A stretch of DNA of 64,000 bases from contig CAWGHO010000003.1 of NCBI GenBank assembly GCA_963822445.1, forward strand, positions 1,440,001 to 1,504,000. Direction: 5' to 3'. Positions within the stretch are counted from its first letter, which is position 1. Every line of letters begins with the position of its first letter. The stretch comes from an uncultured Acidobacteriota bacterium. Its GTDB lineage: Bacteria > Acidobacteriota > Thermoanaerobaculia > Gp7-AA8. Position numbers and translations under genes: made by a program. The notes below the pieces were generated by a model that had not been told where the DNA came from, did not search any database, and worked only from the letters and a program-made list of their open reading frames with translations. Positions 51,402 to 61,371 of the stretch are shown piece by piece.

Positions 51402-53763
51402 CGGGCACCTCTGGTTCCGACCTTCGCCGCGCGACGCCGGCCACAGCGTCGATGAGAGCCTGCGGTGCGAACGGCTTCTTCACGTACTCATCGAAGCCTG
51501 CCGAAAGCGCCAACTGCTGTTGCAGCGGGCCGCCGTACGCCGTCAGGGCGATGGCGGGGATGCGGGACGAGTCGTCGTCGCGCGCACGGATCCGCCGCGC
51601 GAGCGAGTGACCGTCTTCGGAAGGCATGGCGATGTCACTGACCAGTACATCGAAGGTCTCGTTGGACAGCTGTTCCAGCGCCTGGGCGGCACTGGTCGCC
51701 GTGCTCACCGAAGCGCCCGCTCCTCGCAGGGTGATGGCGATCATCTTCAACACGTCCGGCTCGTCATCGACGACCAGGACCCGCAGTCCCGCGATCACGG
51801 TGCCTTTCGCGGGACTCGGCGCATCCGTAATTTCGGTGATCGTGGCCGGAGAGCTCGGTAACGCCTTCTCGCGGCCCCTGGCTGGGAGGGCAACCGTGAA
51901 GGTCGAGCCGCGGTTCTCCCCCTCGCTCTCGACGCGCACCGTGCCGCCGTGCATCTCCACGAGCTGCTTGACGATCGACAGGCCAAGACCGAGTCCGCCG
52001 TGCAGGCGTGTGCTCGTTCCTCCCTCCTGGCTGAGGCTCTGGAACACGCGCGGCAGGAAATCCCGGCCGATGCCCTTGCCGGTATCGCTCACCTCTACTT
52101 CAACGCGCGACTCGGTCGAGAAGAGCCGTATCCGGATGCTTCCTCCCTCCGGCGTGAACTTCACGGAGTTCGAGAGAAGGTTCCAGAAAACCTGCTGGAG
52201 CCGTGTGGCGTCGCCATAAACACGGGCGGCGTCGCGAGCGAACGACTTCTCGATGCGGATGCGTTTGTTTTCAGCGGCCGGCGTTATGGCGCGGATGGCC
52301 AGGAGCAGCGCGGCTCCCACGTCGACCATTTCGCTATTCAGTTCGAGCTTCCCCGTGAGCAGGCGCGAGACATCGAGCATGTCATCGATGAGCCGGGACT
52401 GCGCCCGCGCGGAGAATCGGATCGAGTCGAGGGCCTCCCGCTGCGTGTCGGCATCCAGCTCGCCTGTGACCAGAAGCTCGGACCAGCCCAGAATCGACGT
52501 GAGCGGCGTGCGAAGCTCGTGAGAGCTCGTGGCCAGAAACTCGTCCTTGGCACGGCTGAGGGTCTCGGATTCGCGGTATTGCCGGACCAGGTTCTCCTCG
52601 ACGCTCTTCCGATCGTCGATGTCCGTGCTCGAGCCCACCCAGATCACGATGTTTCCCTCGGCGTCGCGCATGGCCGAGGCGCGTGTCAGGTGCCAGCGAT
52701 ATACCCCATCGCTGCGACGGAGACGGCACTCGTGCTGGAACGTGTCACCGGTCTCGATCGAGTGGTTCCACCGCAGGGAATGTTCTGCCATCTCATCCGG
52801 GTGAGTGAAGGTCCACGTGCCCGAGGCGTAGATGTCCTCGGAATGCAGGCCGGTGAACGCCGTCAACTCGCGATTCACGTAGTCGATGGCTCCGCTCGGG
52901 GTGGCCGTGAAGATCATCAGCGGCATCGACTCGGCGAGGAAGCGAAAACGCTCCGTGCTGATTCGCGCCGCCTCCTCCGCCCATTTACGGTCCGTGATGT
53001 CGCGGATGTTGCACTGAATGACTTTCCTGTCGCCCACCATGTAGGAGTTGCTGACGAACTCCACTTCCACGGACTTGCCGTCCTTGGTCTCGAGAGGGAT
53101 GTCCTCGTAGCGGATGTAGCCCTTCTCCTGCAGTTCGGTCATCGCCGCCTGGCTCTCGGCCTTGTCGGCGAACACGCCGATCTCCCAGAGCTCCTTGCCG
53201 ATCAATTCGTCGAGGGAGTAGCCGAGGAGATTCATCAGGAAGGGATTGGCGTCGATGATCTTTCCCGTCGCTTCTTCGAGGATGAGAATCGCATCCTGCG
53301 CCGTCTCGAAGAGCCTTCGATACCGCGCTTCGGAAGCCTCGAGAGCGCGGCCTGCTTCTGCGCGCTCGGTGATGTCGCGGATGTTGCACTGAATGACCTT
53401 CCGGTCGCCCACCATGTAGGTGTTGCTGACGAACTCCACATCGATCCGCTTACCTTGCTTGGTTTCGAGCGGCATGTCCTCGTAGCGGATGTAGCCGTCC
53501 TTCTGCAGACGCTCCATGGCGGCCTTGCTCTCGTTCTTGTCGGAGAACAGGCCGATCTCCCAGAGCTCCTTGCCGATCAACTCGTCGAGGGAGTAGCCGA
53601 GCAGGTCGATCACGAACGGATTGGCGTCCATGATCTTTCCGGTGGTTCCCTCGGCATCGAGGATCAAAATGGCGTCCTGCGCGGTCTCGAATAGCCTGCG
53701 GTAACGCGCCTCGGACGCCTCTAACGCTGACTGTTCAGAGGCAGGGACATTCGTGGGGCTCAT
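51382..53763 (-). CDS. Hybrid sensor histidine kinase (3 PAS, HisKA, HATPase, REC)
   Basis: SHELRTPL, NLLSNSVKFT, DTGKG, GLGLGL, VVDDE, SDIAMP. Confidence 0.93.
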   Translation of the reverse strand: MSPTNVPASEQSALEASEARYRRLFETAQDAILILDAEGTTGKIMDANPFVIDLLGYSLDELIGKELWEIGLFSDKNESKAAMERLQKDGYIRYEDMPLETKQGKRIDVEFVSNTYMVGDRKVIQCNIRDITERAEAGRALEASEARYRRLFETAQDAILILEEATGKIIDANPFLMNLLGYSLDELIGKELWEIGVFADKAESQAAMTELQEKGYIRYEDIPLETKDGKSVEVEFVSNSYMVGDRKVIQCNIRDITDRKWAEEAARISTERFRFLAESMPLMIFTATPSGAIDYVNRELTAFTGLHSEDIYASGTWTFTHPDEMAEHSLRWNHSIETGDTFQHECRLRRSDGVYRWHLTRASAMRDAEGNIVIWVGSSTDIDDRKSVEENLVRQYRESETLSRAKDEFLATSSHELRTPLTSILGWSELLVTGELDADTQREALDSIRFSARAQSRLIDDMLDVSRLLTGKLELNSEMVDVGAALLLAIRAITPAAENKRIRIEKSFARDAARVYGDATRLQQVFWNLLSNSVKFTPEGGSIRIRLFSTESRVEVEVSDTGKGIGRDFLPRVFQSLSQEGGTSTRLHGGLGLGLSIVKQLVEMHGGTVRVESEGENRGSTFTVALPARGREKALPSSPATITEITDAPSPAKGTVIAGLRVLVVDDEPDVLKMIAITLRGAGASVSTATSAAQALEQLSNETFDVLVSDIAMPSEDGHSLARRIRARDDDSSRIPAIALTAYGGPLQQQLALSAGFDEYVKKPFAPQALIDAVAGVARRRSEPEVPATPAGS

Positions 53764-53790
53764 GTAAACGATGCAACTCGATGGCCAGAC

Positions 53791-55005
53791 TCATCGAATC
53801 AGCATCGTCGCCAGTCCGAGAAACAGGCCCATGCTCGCGACGTCGGTTGCCGTCGTCAGGAAGATGCTCGACGCGGTTGCCGGATCGGCGCCCAGGCGGC
53901 GGAGCGTGAGCGGAATCAGCGCGCCGGAGATGCCGCTGACCACGCAGCTGCCGATCATCGCGAAGAACACGATGATCGCGAGCGTCGGCGCCGACGGGTG
54001 CGACTGCGCGCGCGCTGCGAAGTACATCCCCAGCGCCGCGGTCACGCCGACCATCGCGCCGTTGAGCAATCCGAGGAGTGCTTCCTTCATGACCAGCGCT
54101 CGCTCGCGGCCGGGTTGGAGCTCACCGAGCGTCATGCCGCGCAAGGCAACAGCCAGCGCCTGACATCCGGTGTTGCCCGATTGCCCGGCGAGCACCGGCA
54201 GGAAAGCCGCGAGAATCACGATCCGGTCGATCGTGCCCTGGAACAGACCAACGACCGCCGCGGCGATGAACGCCGTCAGCAGGTTGAGCTGCAGCCAGGG
54301 ATGGCGGAAGCGAAGACTGCGCAGCCACGGCGTGGTCAGGCGCTCTTCCTTGTCGACACCGACCATCCGTCCGGCCTGCGCGCTGATCTCGTAAGCCTGC
54401 TCTTCGAACATGGCCTGACCGCGGACCTGGCCGATGAGCGTTCGATCGGCTTCGCACACCGGATACACGGGAAAGTGGCGCCGCACGACCTGTCGCATGG
54501 CTTCCGGCAGTTCCGTCTCCGGCACCAGGAAGAAGGGATCGCGCAGCATCACGTCCTCGAGCCGCCCCTCGCGCGGGGAGAGGAGCAGGTCGCGCATGGT
54601 GATGACGCCCTGCAGACGGCCGGCGTCATCGACGACGAATCCATACGTGACGAATGAGGTCTTGGCCAGCTCGCGAACCGCGTCGATCGTATCGGCGATG
54701 GTCTGTTCGCGCGCGAACACCGCCGTGGCAGGCTCCATCAACCGGCCGATGGTGTCCTCGGGATAGCGGTCGTTGCGCAGCCACTGCGCGCGCTGCTGCG
54801 GCGCAACCGCGGCCATGACGGCACGGCGATGCTCCGTCGGTAAGTCGTCGAGGATGTCCTGCGCCAGCGCGGGGTTGAGCGACTGCAACACGGCCGCGAC
54901 GGCCTCGGGGCGGACGGTCCGAAGGAGGATCGCTGCATCGAGCGGACTGCGGCGCTGCACTTCGGCGGCGAGCGTGTCGGACGTAAGCCGTTGTGTTTCG
55001 TTCAC
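53791..55005 (-). CDS. mgtE: MgtE-family magnesium transporter
   Basis: CBS pair, R.PWL, FLPV..G.SGN.G.Q, DPA.AS..F.TT.TD. Confidence 0.9.
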   Translation of the reverse strand: MNETQRLTSDTLAAEVQRRSPLDAAILLRTVRPEAVAAVLQSLNPALAQDILDDLPTEHRRAVMAAVAPQQRAQWLRNDRYPEDTIGRLMEPATAVFAREQTIADTIDAVRELAKTSFVTYGFVVDDAGRLQGVITMRDLLLSPREGRLEDVMLRDPFFLVPETELPEAMRQVVRRHFPVYPVCEADRTLIGQVRGQAMFEEQAYEISAQAGRMVGVDKEERLTTPWLRSLRFRHPWLQLNLLTAFIAAAVVGLFQGTIDRIVILAAFLPVLAGQSGNTGCQALAVALRGMTLGELQPGRERALVMKEALLGLLNGAMVGVTAALGMYFAARAQSHPSAPTLAIIVFFAMIGSCVVSGISGALIPLTLRRLGADPATASSIFLTTATDVASMGLFLGLATMLIR

Positions 55006-55130
55006 AGTGGGGACAGTTTAAGGGAACGGAGCGGACTGCACTCATTCCTGTGCATGTCTCCCTGTGCTAAACTGATCGACCCTGCAGTTATTGAGGTAGT
55101 CCAAACGCAGTCGGGGCGGGGCCACGGCAC

Positions 55131-56195
55131 ATGATCGAGATCCAAATCCATCCGAGCGACATTCGCCGGCGTGTGCGGTACTTTTTCTTCGACCGCCGCC
55201 GGGTCGTGCTTGGCATTGTCGGGCTGTCCGTCCTCCTGGTCGGCCTGATCGGATCGATGGCCGCCGCTCCCACGGTCATCCGCCGGGTCTACAAAACCAA
55301 CTTCCTCAACGAGCAGCGTGAAGAACGCGGCATCCAGCGCGAGCGGCTGCGCGAGAACGTCGTTCAGATGACCTCCCTCGAGCGGAGCCTCGACGAGCAG
55401 CGCATCCGCGTCGAGAAGCTGATCACCGTCTACGGCCTCGAGCGAACCCTCGGCCAGGGCGGATTCTCGACGCCGAATCGCACAGCCGCCGATGAGCCGC
55501 TGACCGACGCCCGCCTCCGCGAGATCTCGCTCATGACCTCGATGCGCCGCCTGCAGGAGCAGCTCGACCTGCTCGCGCAGTACGAAGCGGCGAACGCGGA
55601 GATCGTCCGGCACACGCCGTCGGTCCTGCCGCTGCCGCCCGATCAATTCGTGCTGACGTCGCCGTTCGGCAACCGCGTCTCGCCGTTCACGCGCACGGCG
55701 GACTTCCACAAAGGCCTCGATCTTTCCGCGCCGGTCGGAACGCCGATCTACGCGACCGCGGACGGCGTGGTCACCTTCGCCGGCCGCTATCCGATCTCGC
55801 ACAGCGTGAACTGGTGGCGCTTCGGCAACGTCGTCACCATCAAACACGCCGACCGGTTCATCACCATCTACGCACATTGCGACGCGGTTCGGGTCAAAGC
55901 CGGACAGACGGTGAAGCAGGGCGAAGTCGTGGCCACCGTCGGCAACACCGGCTGGAGCACCAACGCGCATCTGCACTACGAGGTCCGCAGCGACATGGAG
56001 CAGCCCGGCGTCTACGCTCCGATCGATCCGCGGATCTACATCCTCAATTACCAGTGGCCGAATGAAGCAGTCCTTCTCATGCGCGCGCGCACGACGAAGG
56101 ACTACCGCAACTTCGATCCGCTGCCTTCGGCATTCGTCGGCTTCGGGAGTGGGGCGGGAGGGAAGAAGGGCGTGAGTGGGAAGAGGAGGTCGTGA
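55131..56195 (+). CDS. M23 family metallopeptidase with N-terminal TM and coiled coil
   Basis: HKGLD, YAHC, GNTG.ST..HLHYEV. Confidence 0.92.
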   Translation: MIEIQIHPSDIRRRVRYFFFDRRRVVLGIVGLSVLLVGLIGSMAAAPTVIRRVYKTNFLNEQREERGIQRERLRENVVQMTSLERSLDEQRIRVEKLITVYGLERTLGQGGFSTPNRTAADEPLTDARLREISLMTSMRRLQEQLDLLAQYEAANAEIVRHTPSVLPLPPDQFVLTSPFGNRVSPFTRTADFHKGLDLSAPVGTPIYATADGVVTFAGRYPISHSVNWWRFGNVVTIKHADRFITIYAHCDAVRVKAGQTVKQGEVVATVGNTGWSTNAHLHYEVRSDMEQPGVYAPIDPRIYILNYQWPNEAVLLMRARTTKDYRNFDPLPSAFVGFGSGAGGKKGVSGKRRS

Positions 56196-56950
56196 TGAGT
56201 ACAGCCGCCGATCAAGCCAATTTTCCAACGATGATCATTCCCCGCGGAACGGAGATCCGCGTCAATACCCACGGACAGCTTTCGATCAAAACCCCCGGTA
56301 ATCTCGTGATCCAGAACTCCGGCGTTTACTCGGAGATCGAGTCGACCAACGGCTCGATCCGCATCGAGGAGAACGTCACCGTCGAAGCGGTGAGCATCCG
56401 CGCCGGCCAGGCCTGCTTCATTCAGGGCACGCTCACCGCGTGGAAGGTCCACGCGAAGCGCATCACCCTTGAGGACCGCGCCCGCGCGTTCATCATGTTG
56501 CAGGAGTCCGAGGTCCTCGAGCTCTCGAAAACGGCACGTCTGGTGGGCAACTTCGCGAACGAGAAAGAGCTCTTCTTCATGATGGGCAAGTTCAGCCCGC
56601 AGCTGAAGGAGCTTCCTGGCGCCGTGGAAATGGCGCCGCAGCGCGAGATCGTCGAGGGACCGAAGCCGACCACGATGAAGATTCCCGCGATCCAGACGCC
56701 GGCCGCGGGCGCGACCGACGACGAGCTGCGATCGGCACAGTCGATTCTCGAGCGCGAGCTCGCTCGCCCCGACCTCGGCGCGCGCGAAGGCGAGGCCCTG
56801 CGCGAAGTGCTCTACGGCCTCCGCGAGCGCAACCCGTCCCGCGTGGCACTGGTGTGGCGCGATGCCTTCGCCGAAGTGCGCACGCCGACCGAGGGGTTGC
56901 GGCAGGCTCACGATCACCTCGAGCGATATTTCGGGCGGCCGGCAACCTGA
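56195..56950 (+). CDS. Divergent bactofilin-like beta-helix protein with helical C-terminus
   Basis: T.II..GT.I...G.L.I.......I......I.I.....V...I.A....I.G.L.......I.L...A..L.GN periodicity; coupled to the M23 gene. Confidence 0.5.
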   Translation: MSTAADQANFPTMIIPRGTEIRVNTHGQLSIKTPGNLVIQNSGVYSEIESTNGSIRIEENVTVEAVSIRAGQACFIQGTLTAWKVHAKRITLEDRARAFIMLQESEVLELSKTARLVGNFANEKELFFMMGKFSPQLKELPGAVEMAPQREIVEGPKPTTMKIPAIQTPAAGATDDELRSAQSILERELARPDLGAREGEALREVLYGLRERNPSRVALVWRDAFAEVRTPTEGLRQAHDHLERYFGRPAT

Positions 56951-56951
56951 A

Positions 56952-57100
56952 AGTTTATCCCGCGCGCAGACGCGGGATCTCCCGGTTACACCGCGTGGAC
57001 CGAAGCGATTGACCATTGCCGCAGCACCCTCCGACTTCCCCGGCTCGCGAATCTTCCGTCAGTGCACGGAGAGATCCCGCGTCTTCGCGCGGGATAAACT
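56952..57100. repeat. REP-like inverted doublet (30-bp arms, 89-bp spacer)
   Basis: AGTTTATCCCGCGCGCAGACGCGGGATCTC (56952-56981) and its inverse (57071-57100), 1 mismatch; each arm has an internal hairpin. Confidence 0.85.
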
Positions 57101-57102
57101 CT

Positions 57103-58578
57103 GTGCGGCCCGCCTGGCTGATCATCCTCTCCTTCGCCGCGGTGAAATTCGCGCTGAATCTCTACGCGAGCGGCTACTACAACTACTTCCGCGATGAGCT
57201 GTACTTCATCGCCTGCGGCCGTCATCTCGACTGGGGTTACGTCGATCATCCGCCGCTGGTCGCCTTGTACGCGCGCCTCGGCGAGATGCTCGGACCGTCG
57301 CTGCGCGGCTTCCGGCTGATCTCGACGATCTCCGGCACGCTGCGGATCATCCTCACCGGCGTGATCGCCGCGCGCCTCGGCGGCGGCCGCGCCGCTCAGG
57401 CGCTCGCGTTCACGGCGGTGCTCCTCGCGCCGATGTATCTGGCCGTGGACACGATCATGACCATGAACACGGTCGAGCATCTGTTCTGGCTCGGCTGCCT
57501 TCTGATCGTCATCGAGATCGCCAACGGCGCTTCCGAAAAATGGTGGCTCGCTTTCGGTGCATTGGCCGGTCTCGGACTGCAGAACAAACACTCCATGGTC
57601 TTCCTCGGCGCAGCGATCGTTGCGGCGATGATCCTCACGCCTCTGCGACGGTCGTTGTTGCGGCCATGGATCTGGATCGGCGGTGTGATCGCGGCGCTGA
57701 TTTTCCTGCCAAACGTGATCTGGGAGATTCGCCACGACTGGGCGACGCTCGAGCTGCTGCGAAACGTGAAGAACACCGGCAAGAACGTCGTGCTCGCGCC
57801 GATTCCGTTCGTGATCCAGCAGGCGATGATGCTCAACCCGTTCACCGCGCCGCTCTGGATCGCTGGATTGATCTGGCTGTTCACGCGCCGCGAGTATCGC
57901 TTCCTCGCCTGGACTTACGTCATCTTGTTGGTTCTCTTCATCAGGCTCGAAGCGAAGGATTACTACCTCGCTCCGATCTATCCCGCGCTTTTCGCGGCAG
58001 GGGCGGTGGTCGTGACGAAGAAGAGAGTCGCGGCGATCGCTGTCGGCGCATTGATCGTCATCGGCTGCCTCATCTCCGCGCCGCTCGCCCTGCCGATTCT
58101 CCCGCCGGAGAAGTACCTCGCGTATCAGCGAGCGCTCGGCGTCAAGCCGTCGCAGACCGAGGTGTCGCACACGGCGGAGATGCCGCAGATCTTCGCCGAC
58201 CAATTCGGATGGGAAGAAATGGTGCGGAGGGTCGCGCGTTACTACCACTCGCTGCCGGCGGAGGAGCGGAAGAAGACCGCGATTTACACGAACAACTACG
58301 GCCAGGCGGGCGCGATCGATTTCTACGGACCGAAGTACGGATTGCCGAACGCCATCAGCGGCCACCAGAACTACTTCCTCTGGGGCCCGCGCGGCTACAC
58401 CGGTGAGTCGGTGATCCTCATCGAGCCCGACAGCGACGCGCCGTGGGAGTCACTGCGCCAGGTCGACCGCCGCCATCACCCGTACGCGATCCCCGGCGAG
58501 AACGGACCGATCTGGCATGGGCGCGGGTTGAAGGTGCCGATCGAGCAGGCCTGGCCGAGCGTGAAGCACTGGCGGTGA
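57103..58578 (+). CDS. GT-C glycosyltransferase (family 39 / PMT_2, ArnT-like)
   Basis: RDELYF, GYVDHPPL, multiple TMs, NYGQAGA; GTG start. Confidence 0.88.
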   Translation: MRPAWLIILSFAAVKFALNLYASGYYNYFRDELYFIACGRHLDWGYVDHPPLVALYARLGEMLGPSLRGFRLISTISGTLRIILTGVIAARLGGGRAAQALAFTAVLLAPMYLAVDTIMTMNTVEHLFWLGCLLIVIEIANGASEKWWLAFGALAGLGLQNKHSMVFLGAAIVAAMILTPLRRSLLRPWIWIGGVIAALIFLPNVIWEIRHDWATLELLRNVKNTGKNVVLAPIPFVIQQAMMLNPFTAPLWIAGLIWLFTRREYRFLAWTYVILLVLFIRLEAKDYYLAPIYPALFAAGAVVVTKKRVAAIAVGALIVIGCLISAPLALPILPPEKYLAYQRALGVKPSQTEVSHTAEMPQIFADQFGWEEMVRRVARYYHSLPAEERKKTAIYTNNYGQAGAIDFYGPKYGLPNAISGHQNYFLWGPRGYTGESVILIEPDSDAPWESLRQVDRRHHPYAIPGENGPIWHGRGLKVPIEQAWPSVKHWR

Positions 58579-58582
58579 GTGT

Positions 58583-60688
58583 TCATCGCGCGCCGTACTT
58601 CGCCGCCCGATCCAACATCCCCGCCGCCCGGAAGTGATGCGCGACGAGCTCCCGGTCCGCACCAGCGAGACCCTCCAGCGCCAGCGCCAGCACGGCGTGC
58701 ATGTCCCGCAGCTCATCTTCGGAAAGCAGCGCGACTGCCGCGCGGGCGATGCGCTCGTGATACGTCTCGACGGCCTCACCGGCGGCCGTTTCGCGCGTGC
58801 AGATCAAGTGCTGTGCGGCGAGCGTCGACAGTGTGTCGTCGAAATCCTCCCGCCGATAGACGAGGCGAAGCGCGGGCATGAGGATCGGCCTCCCGTTGAC
58901 GGCCACGTACTGCAGCATTCGCGCGGCACCCGACTCCAGACGGCGCAGTCGGGCCTGCAAGACTTCCTGGATGATCGCGTCGGCCGCGGCTTGCCGGATC
59001 GTGTCGCCGGCCAGTGCGAACGAGCGGGCCAGCTCCTCGATGAACAGCGGATTGCCGCCCGACGCCTCGGCGATCATGTTCGCCACTTCGCGCGAGTCGG
59101 CGATGGAGTCTCCGAGGAGGCGTTCGGCGAGCTGTCGCGAATCGTCCGGGGTGAGCTCGGCGACTTCGATGTCGCGAACCGGTATCGCCGCGCGGAACGC
59201 ACGGACGAATGCGCTGCTCTGCGCCTCGTCGGAGCGGTACGCGGCGATGAACAGCAGCGCCGGTGCGTCAGGCGGGCGGAGGATGTCCGCGAGCAACTCC
59301 GCGCTGTCGGCGCCGGCCCAGTGGAGATCGTCGATCACGAGGACCAGCGGAACGCGATCGGAAAGGCGGAGAAAGAGCTCGCGAAGGGCGGCAAACGCAC
59401 GGCGACGGACTTCGAGCTGGTCCGGGACGACAGTCGGGCCTCCGCGGCGTCGCGAACGAACGACGTCGGCCACCTCGGAGAGGACCGGGAAGAGCTGCTC
59501 CGCGGCGCTGATGTCACGCGGCAGAAGAGCGTCGAGCTCGTGAGGCTGCAGACGCCACAGGTAGCGCTGCAGAGCGTCGACGAGACTGTCGACGCCTTTG
59601 TACGGCACCGACTCGCGCTGGTAGCAGCGGCCGGTGAGCACGACGACCTCGGGGATCTCATCGCGGAGCCGATCGACAAACGCGCGGATCAGCACCGTTT
59701 TGCCGGCGCCCGCGAGGCCGTCCACGCAGACCGTCGTCTGCGTGCCGTTGATGCTCGCGTCGAAAGCTTCGCGCAGCTCGCGCAAGTGTCGATCGCGCCC
59801 GATGAACGGCGTCGATGGTGAGAGCTTCGTCGTTCCGGCCTGCTGCGAGCGTCCCAGCCGCTGCAGGATCTCTTCGCCGGTTGGCCGTTCCCGCGGATCG
59901 CGACGCAGCAGATCCCTGCACAACGCATCGATGTCCTCGGGAATCCCCGACGCGATCGTGCTCGGCGGCGGTACGTCGGCGGAACGCTTCTGATTGATCA
60001 CGTCGACGTAGGTCCCGCCGCTGAAGGGCACCTGGCCGGTGAGCGTGTCGTAGAGCATGATCCCGACGCTGTACCAGTCGCTGGCCGGGCCGAGGGGATC
60101 GCCGCCGCCCTGCTCCGGCGACATGTATGCGGGCGTGCCCGACGTGCTCGTGCTCTTCTCGCCGGCGCGCGTGTCGGTGTCCATCACCAGGCCGAAGTCG
60201 AGGAGCACGACTCGCCGGTCATCGGCGACGAGGACATTCGACGGTTTGATGTCGCGATGAAGCTTGCCGGCGTCGTGGAGCGCGATCACGCCCGCGGCCA
60301 GCTGCCCGAGCGCCACGCGTAGTCTGCCGATGTCCGCGCGCATCGGCGGGAGCTGTGAGCCGCTCGATTCAGCGGGAAGGGGAGCTTCTCTCGTGACGTG
60401 CTCGATGAAGGTCGTGCCGCGAATGAGCTCCATCGATACGAGCCACTGGTCGCCCTCGGCGATGAGCTCGTACAGCCGCACGAGATTGCGATGGGTGATC
60501 TCGGCGAGCGAGCGGAACTCGCGCTTGAATCGATAAAGCGCCTCCGGCATGGCGGTGCGAAGCGCCTTGAGGGCCACGACCTGATTGCGGACCGGGTCGA
60601 AGGCCTCGTAGACCACACCGAATGCGCCGGAGCCGATTCGCCTCCGCACTCGGAAACGATTGCTGTTGATGGACTCGCCGGCAGGCAT
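58583..60688 (-). CDS. Ser/Thr protein kinase fused to AAA_16/STAND ATPase, apparently C-terminally truncated
   Basis: GSGAFG, VALK, HRDIKPSN, DFG, GTPAYMSPE; FIGR, GLAGAGKT, IDDLHWA, GGNPLF. Confidence 0.88.
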   Translation of the reverse strand: MPAGESINSNRFRVRRRIGSGAFGVVYEAFDPVRNQVVALKALRTAMPEALYRFKREFRSLAEITHRNLVRLYELIAEGDQWLVSMELIRGTTFIEHVTREAPLPAESSGSQLPPMRADIGRLRVALGQLAAGVIALHDAGKLHRDIKPSNVLVADDRRVVLLDFGLVMDTDTRAGEKSTSTSGTPAYMSPEQGGGDPLGPASDWYSVGIMLYDTLTGQVPFSGGTYVDVINQKRSADVPPPSTIASGIPEDIDALCRDLLRRDPRERPTGEEILQRLGRSQQAGTTKLSPSTPFIGRDRHLRELREAFDASINGTQTTVCVDGLAGAGKTVLIRAFVDRLRDEIPEVVVLTGRCYQRESVPYKGVDSLVDALQRYLWRLQPHELDALLPRDISAAEQLFPVLSEVADVVRSRRRGGPTVVPDQLEVRRRAFAALRELFLRLSDRVPLVLVIDDLHWAGADSAELLADILRPPDAPALLFIAAYRSDEAQSSAFVRAFRAAIPVRDIEVAELTPDDSRQLAERLLGDSIADSREVANMIAEASGGNPLFIEELARSFALAGDTIRQAAADAIIQEVLQARLRRLESGAARMLQYVAVNGRPILMPALRLVYRREDFDDTLSTLAAQHLICTRETAAGEAVETYHERIARAAVALLSEDELRDMHAVLALALEGLAGADRELVAHHFRAAGMLDRAAKYGAR

Positions 60689-60738
60689 GGAACCGTCAGG
60701 ATGATAAACGGTTCGCCGGATCGGCCGTCCAATCCGGC

Positions 60739-61371
60739 ATGTCCGATCTCGCGAGGGAACATCGCCATATCCGATGCAGGACGGGCAACGGCGCGTCGGC
60801 CGGGGAGATCACTCGGGAGCTCGAGGGCCTTCGCGGTGGATCGGCCGGAAGCCTCGACCGGGTCGTGTCCCTGCTTTACGACGAGCTCCGCTCGCTTGCG
60901 CGGCAGCGGCTGCGCGGCGAGCGGACCGGCCACACGCTCGACACCACGTCACTGGTTCACGAGGTCTATTTGCGGCTCTTCCGGCAACAGACGATCGACG
61001 TGGCAACGCGCGGCGACTTCTTCGCCGTGGCGTCGAACACGATGCGCCGCGTTCTCGTCGACTACGCGCGCACGCGGCACCGGCAGAAGCGCGGCGGCGG
61101 TCTGCAGGTAGTTCCGCTGGAGGACGTGGAGCCATTCCTGAGCGATCGCGCGGCCGAGGAGGTCCTCGGAATCGACGAAGCTCTGGAGCGGCTCCGCGCG
61201 CTGCAGCCGCGCGCGATGAAGGTCGTGGAGATGCATTTTTTCGGCGGTCTGACGTTGCTCGAGATCGCCGGCCTCCTCGAACTCTCGGAAAAGACGGTGC
61301 AGCGCGACTGGCAGGCCGCGCGGGCGTGGCTGCGGAAAGAGGTCCGCGCGGATGTGGGACGAGATCGCTGA
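60739..61371 (+). CDS. ECF sigma factor (kinase-associated, ECF43/TIGR02999-like); start uncertain
   Basis: LYDELR.LA, HTLDTTSLVHE.YL, MRRVLVDYAR, KRGGG, FFGGL, TVQRDW..ARAWL. Confidence 0.88.
   Translation: MSDLAREHRHIRCRTGNGASAGEITRELEGLRGGSAGSLDRVVSLLYDELRSLARQRLRGERTGHTLDTTSLVHEVYLRLFRQQTIDVATRGDFFAVASNTMRRVLVDYARTRHRQKRGGGLQVVPLEDVEPFLSDRAAEEVLGIDEALERLRALQPRAMKVVEMHFFGGLTLLEIAGLLELSEKTVQRDWQAARAWLRKEVRADVGRDR

Noticed and set aside
56952-57100. Resemblance to a type I-E CRISPR repeat (GTTTATCCC...GCGGG)
   Set aside because: Only two copies, in inverted orientation, with an 89-bp spacer and no cas genes
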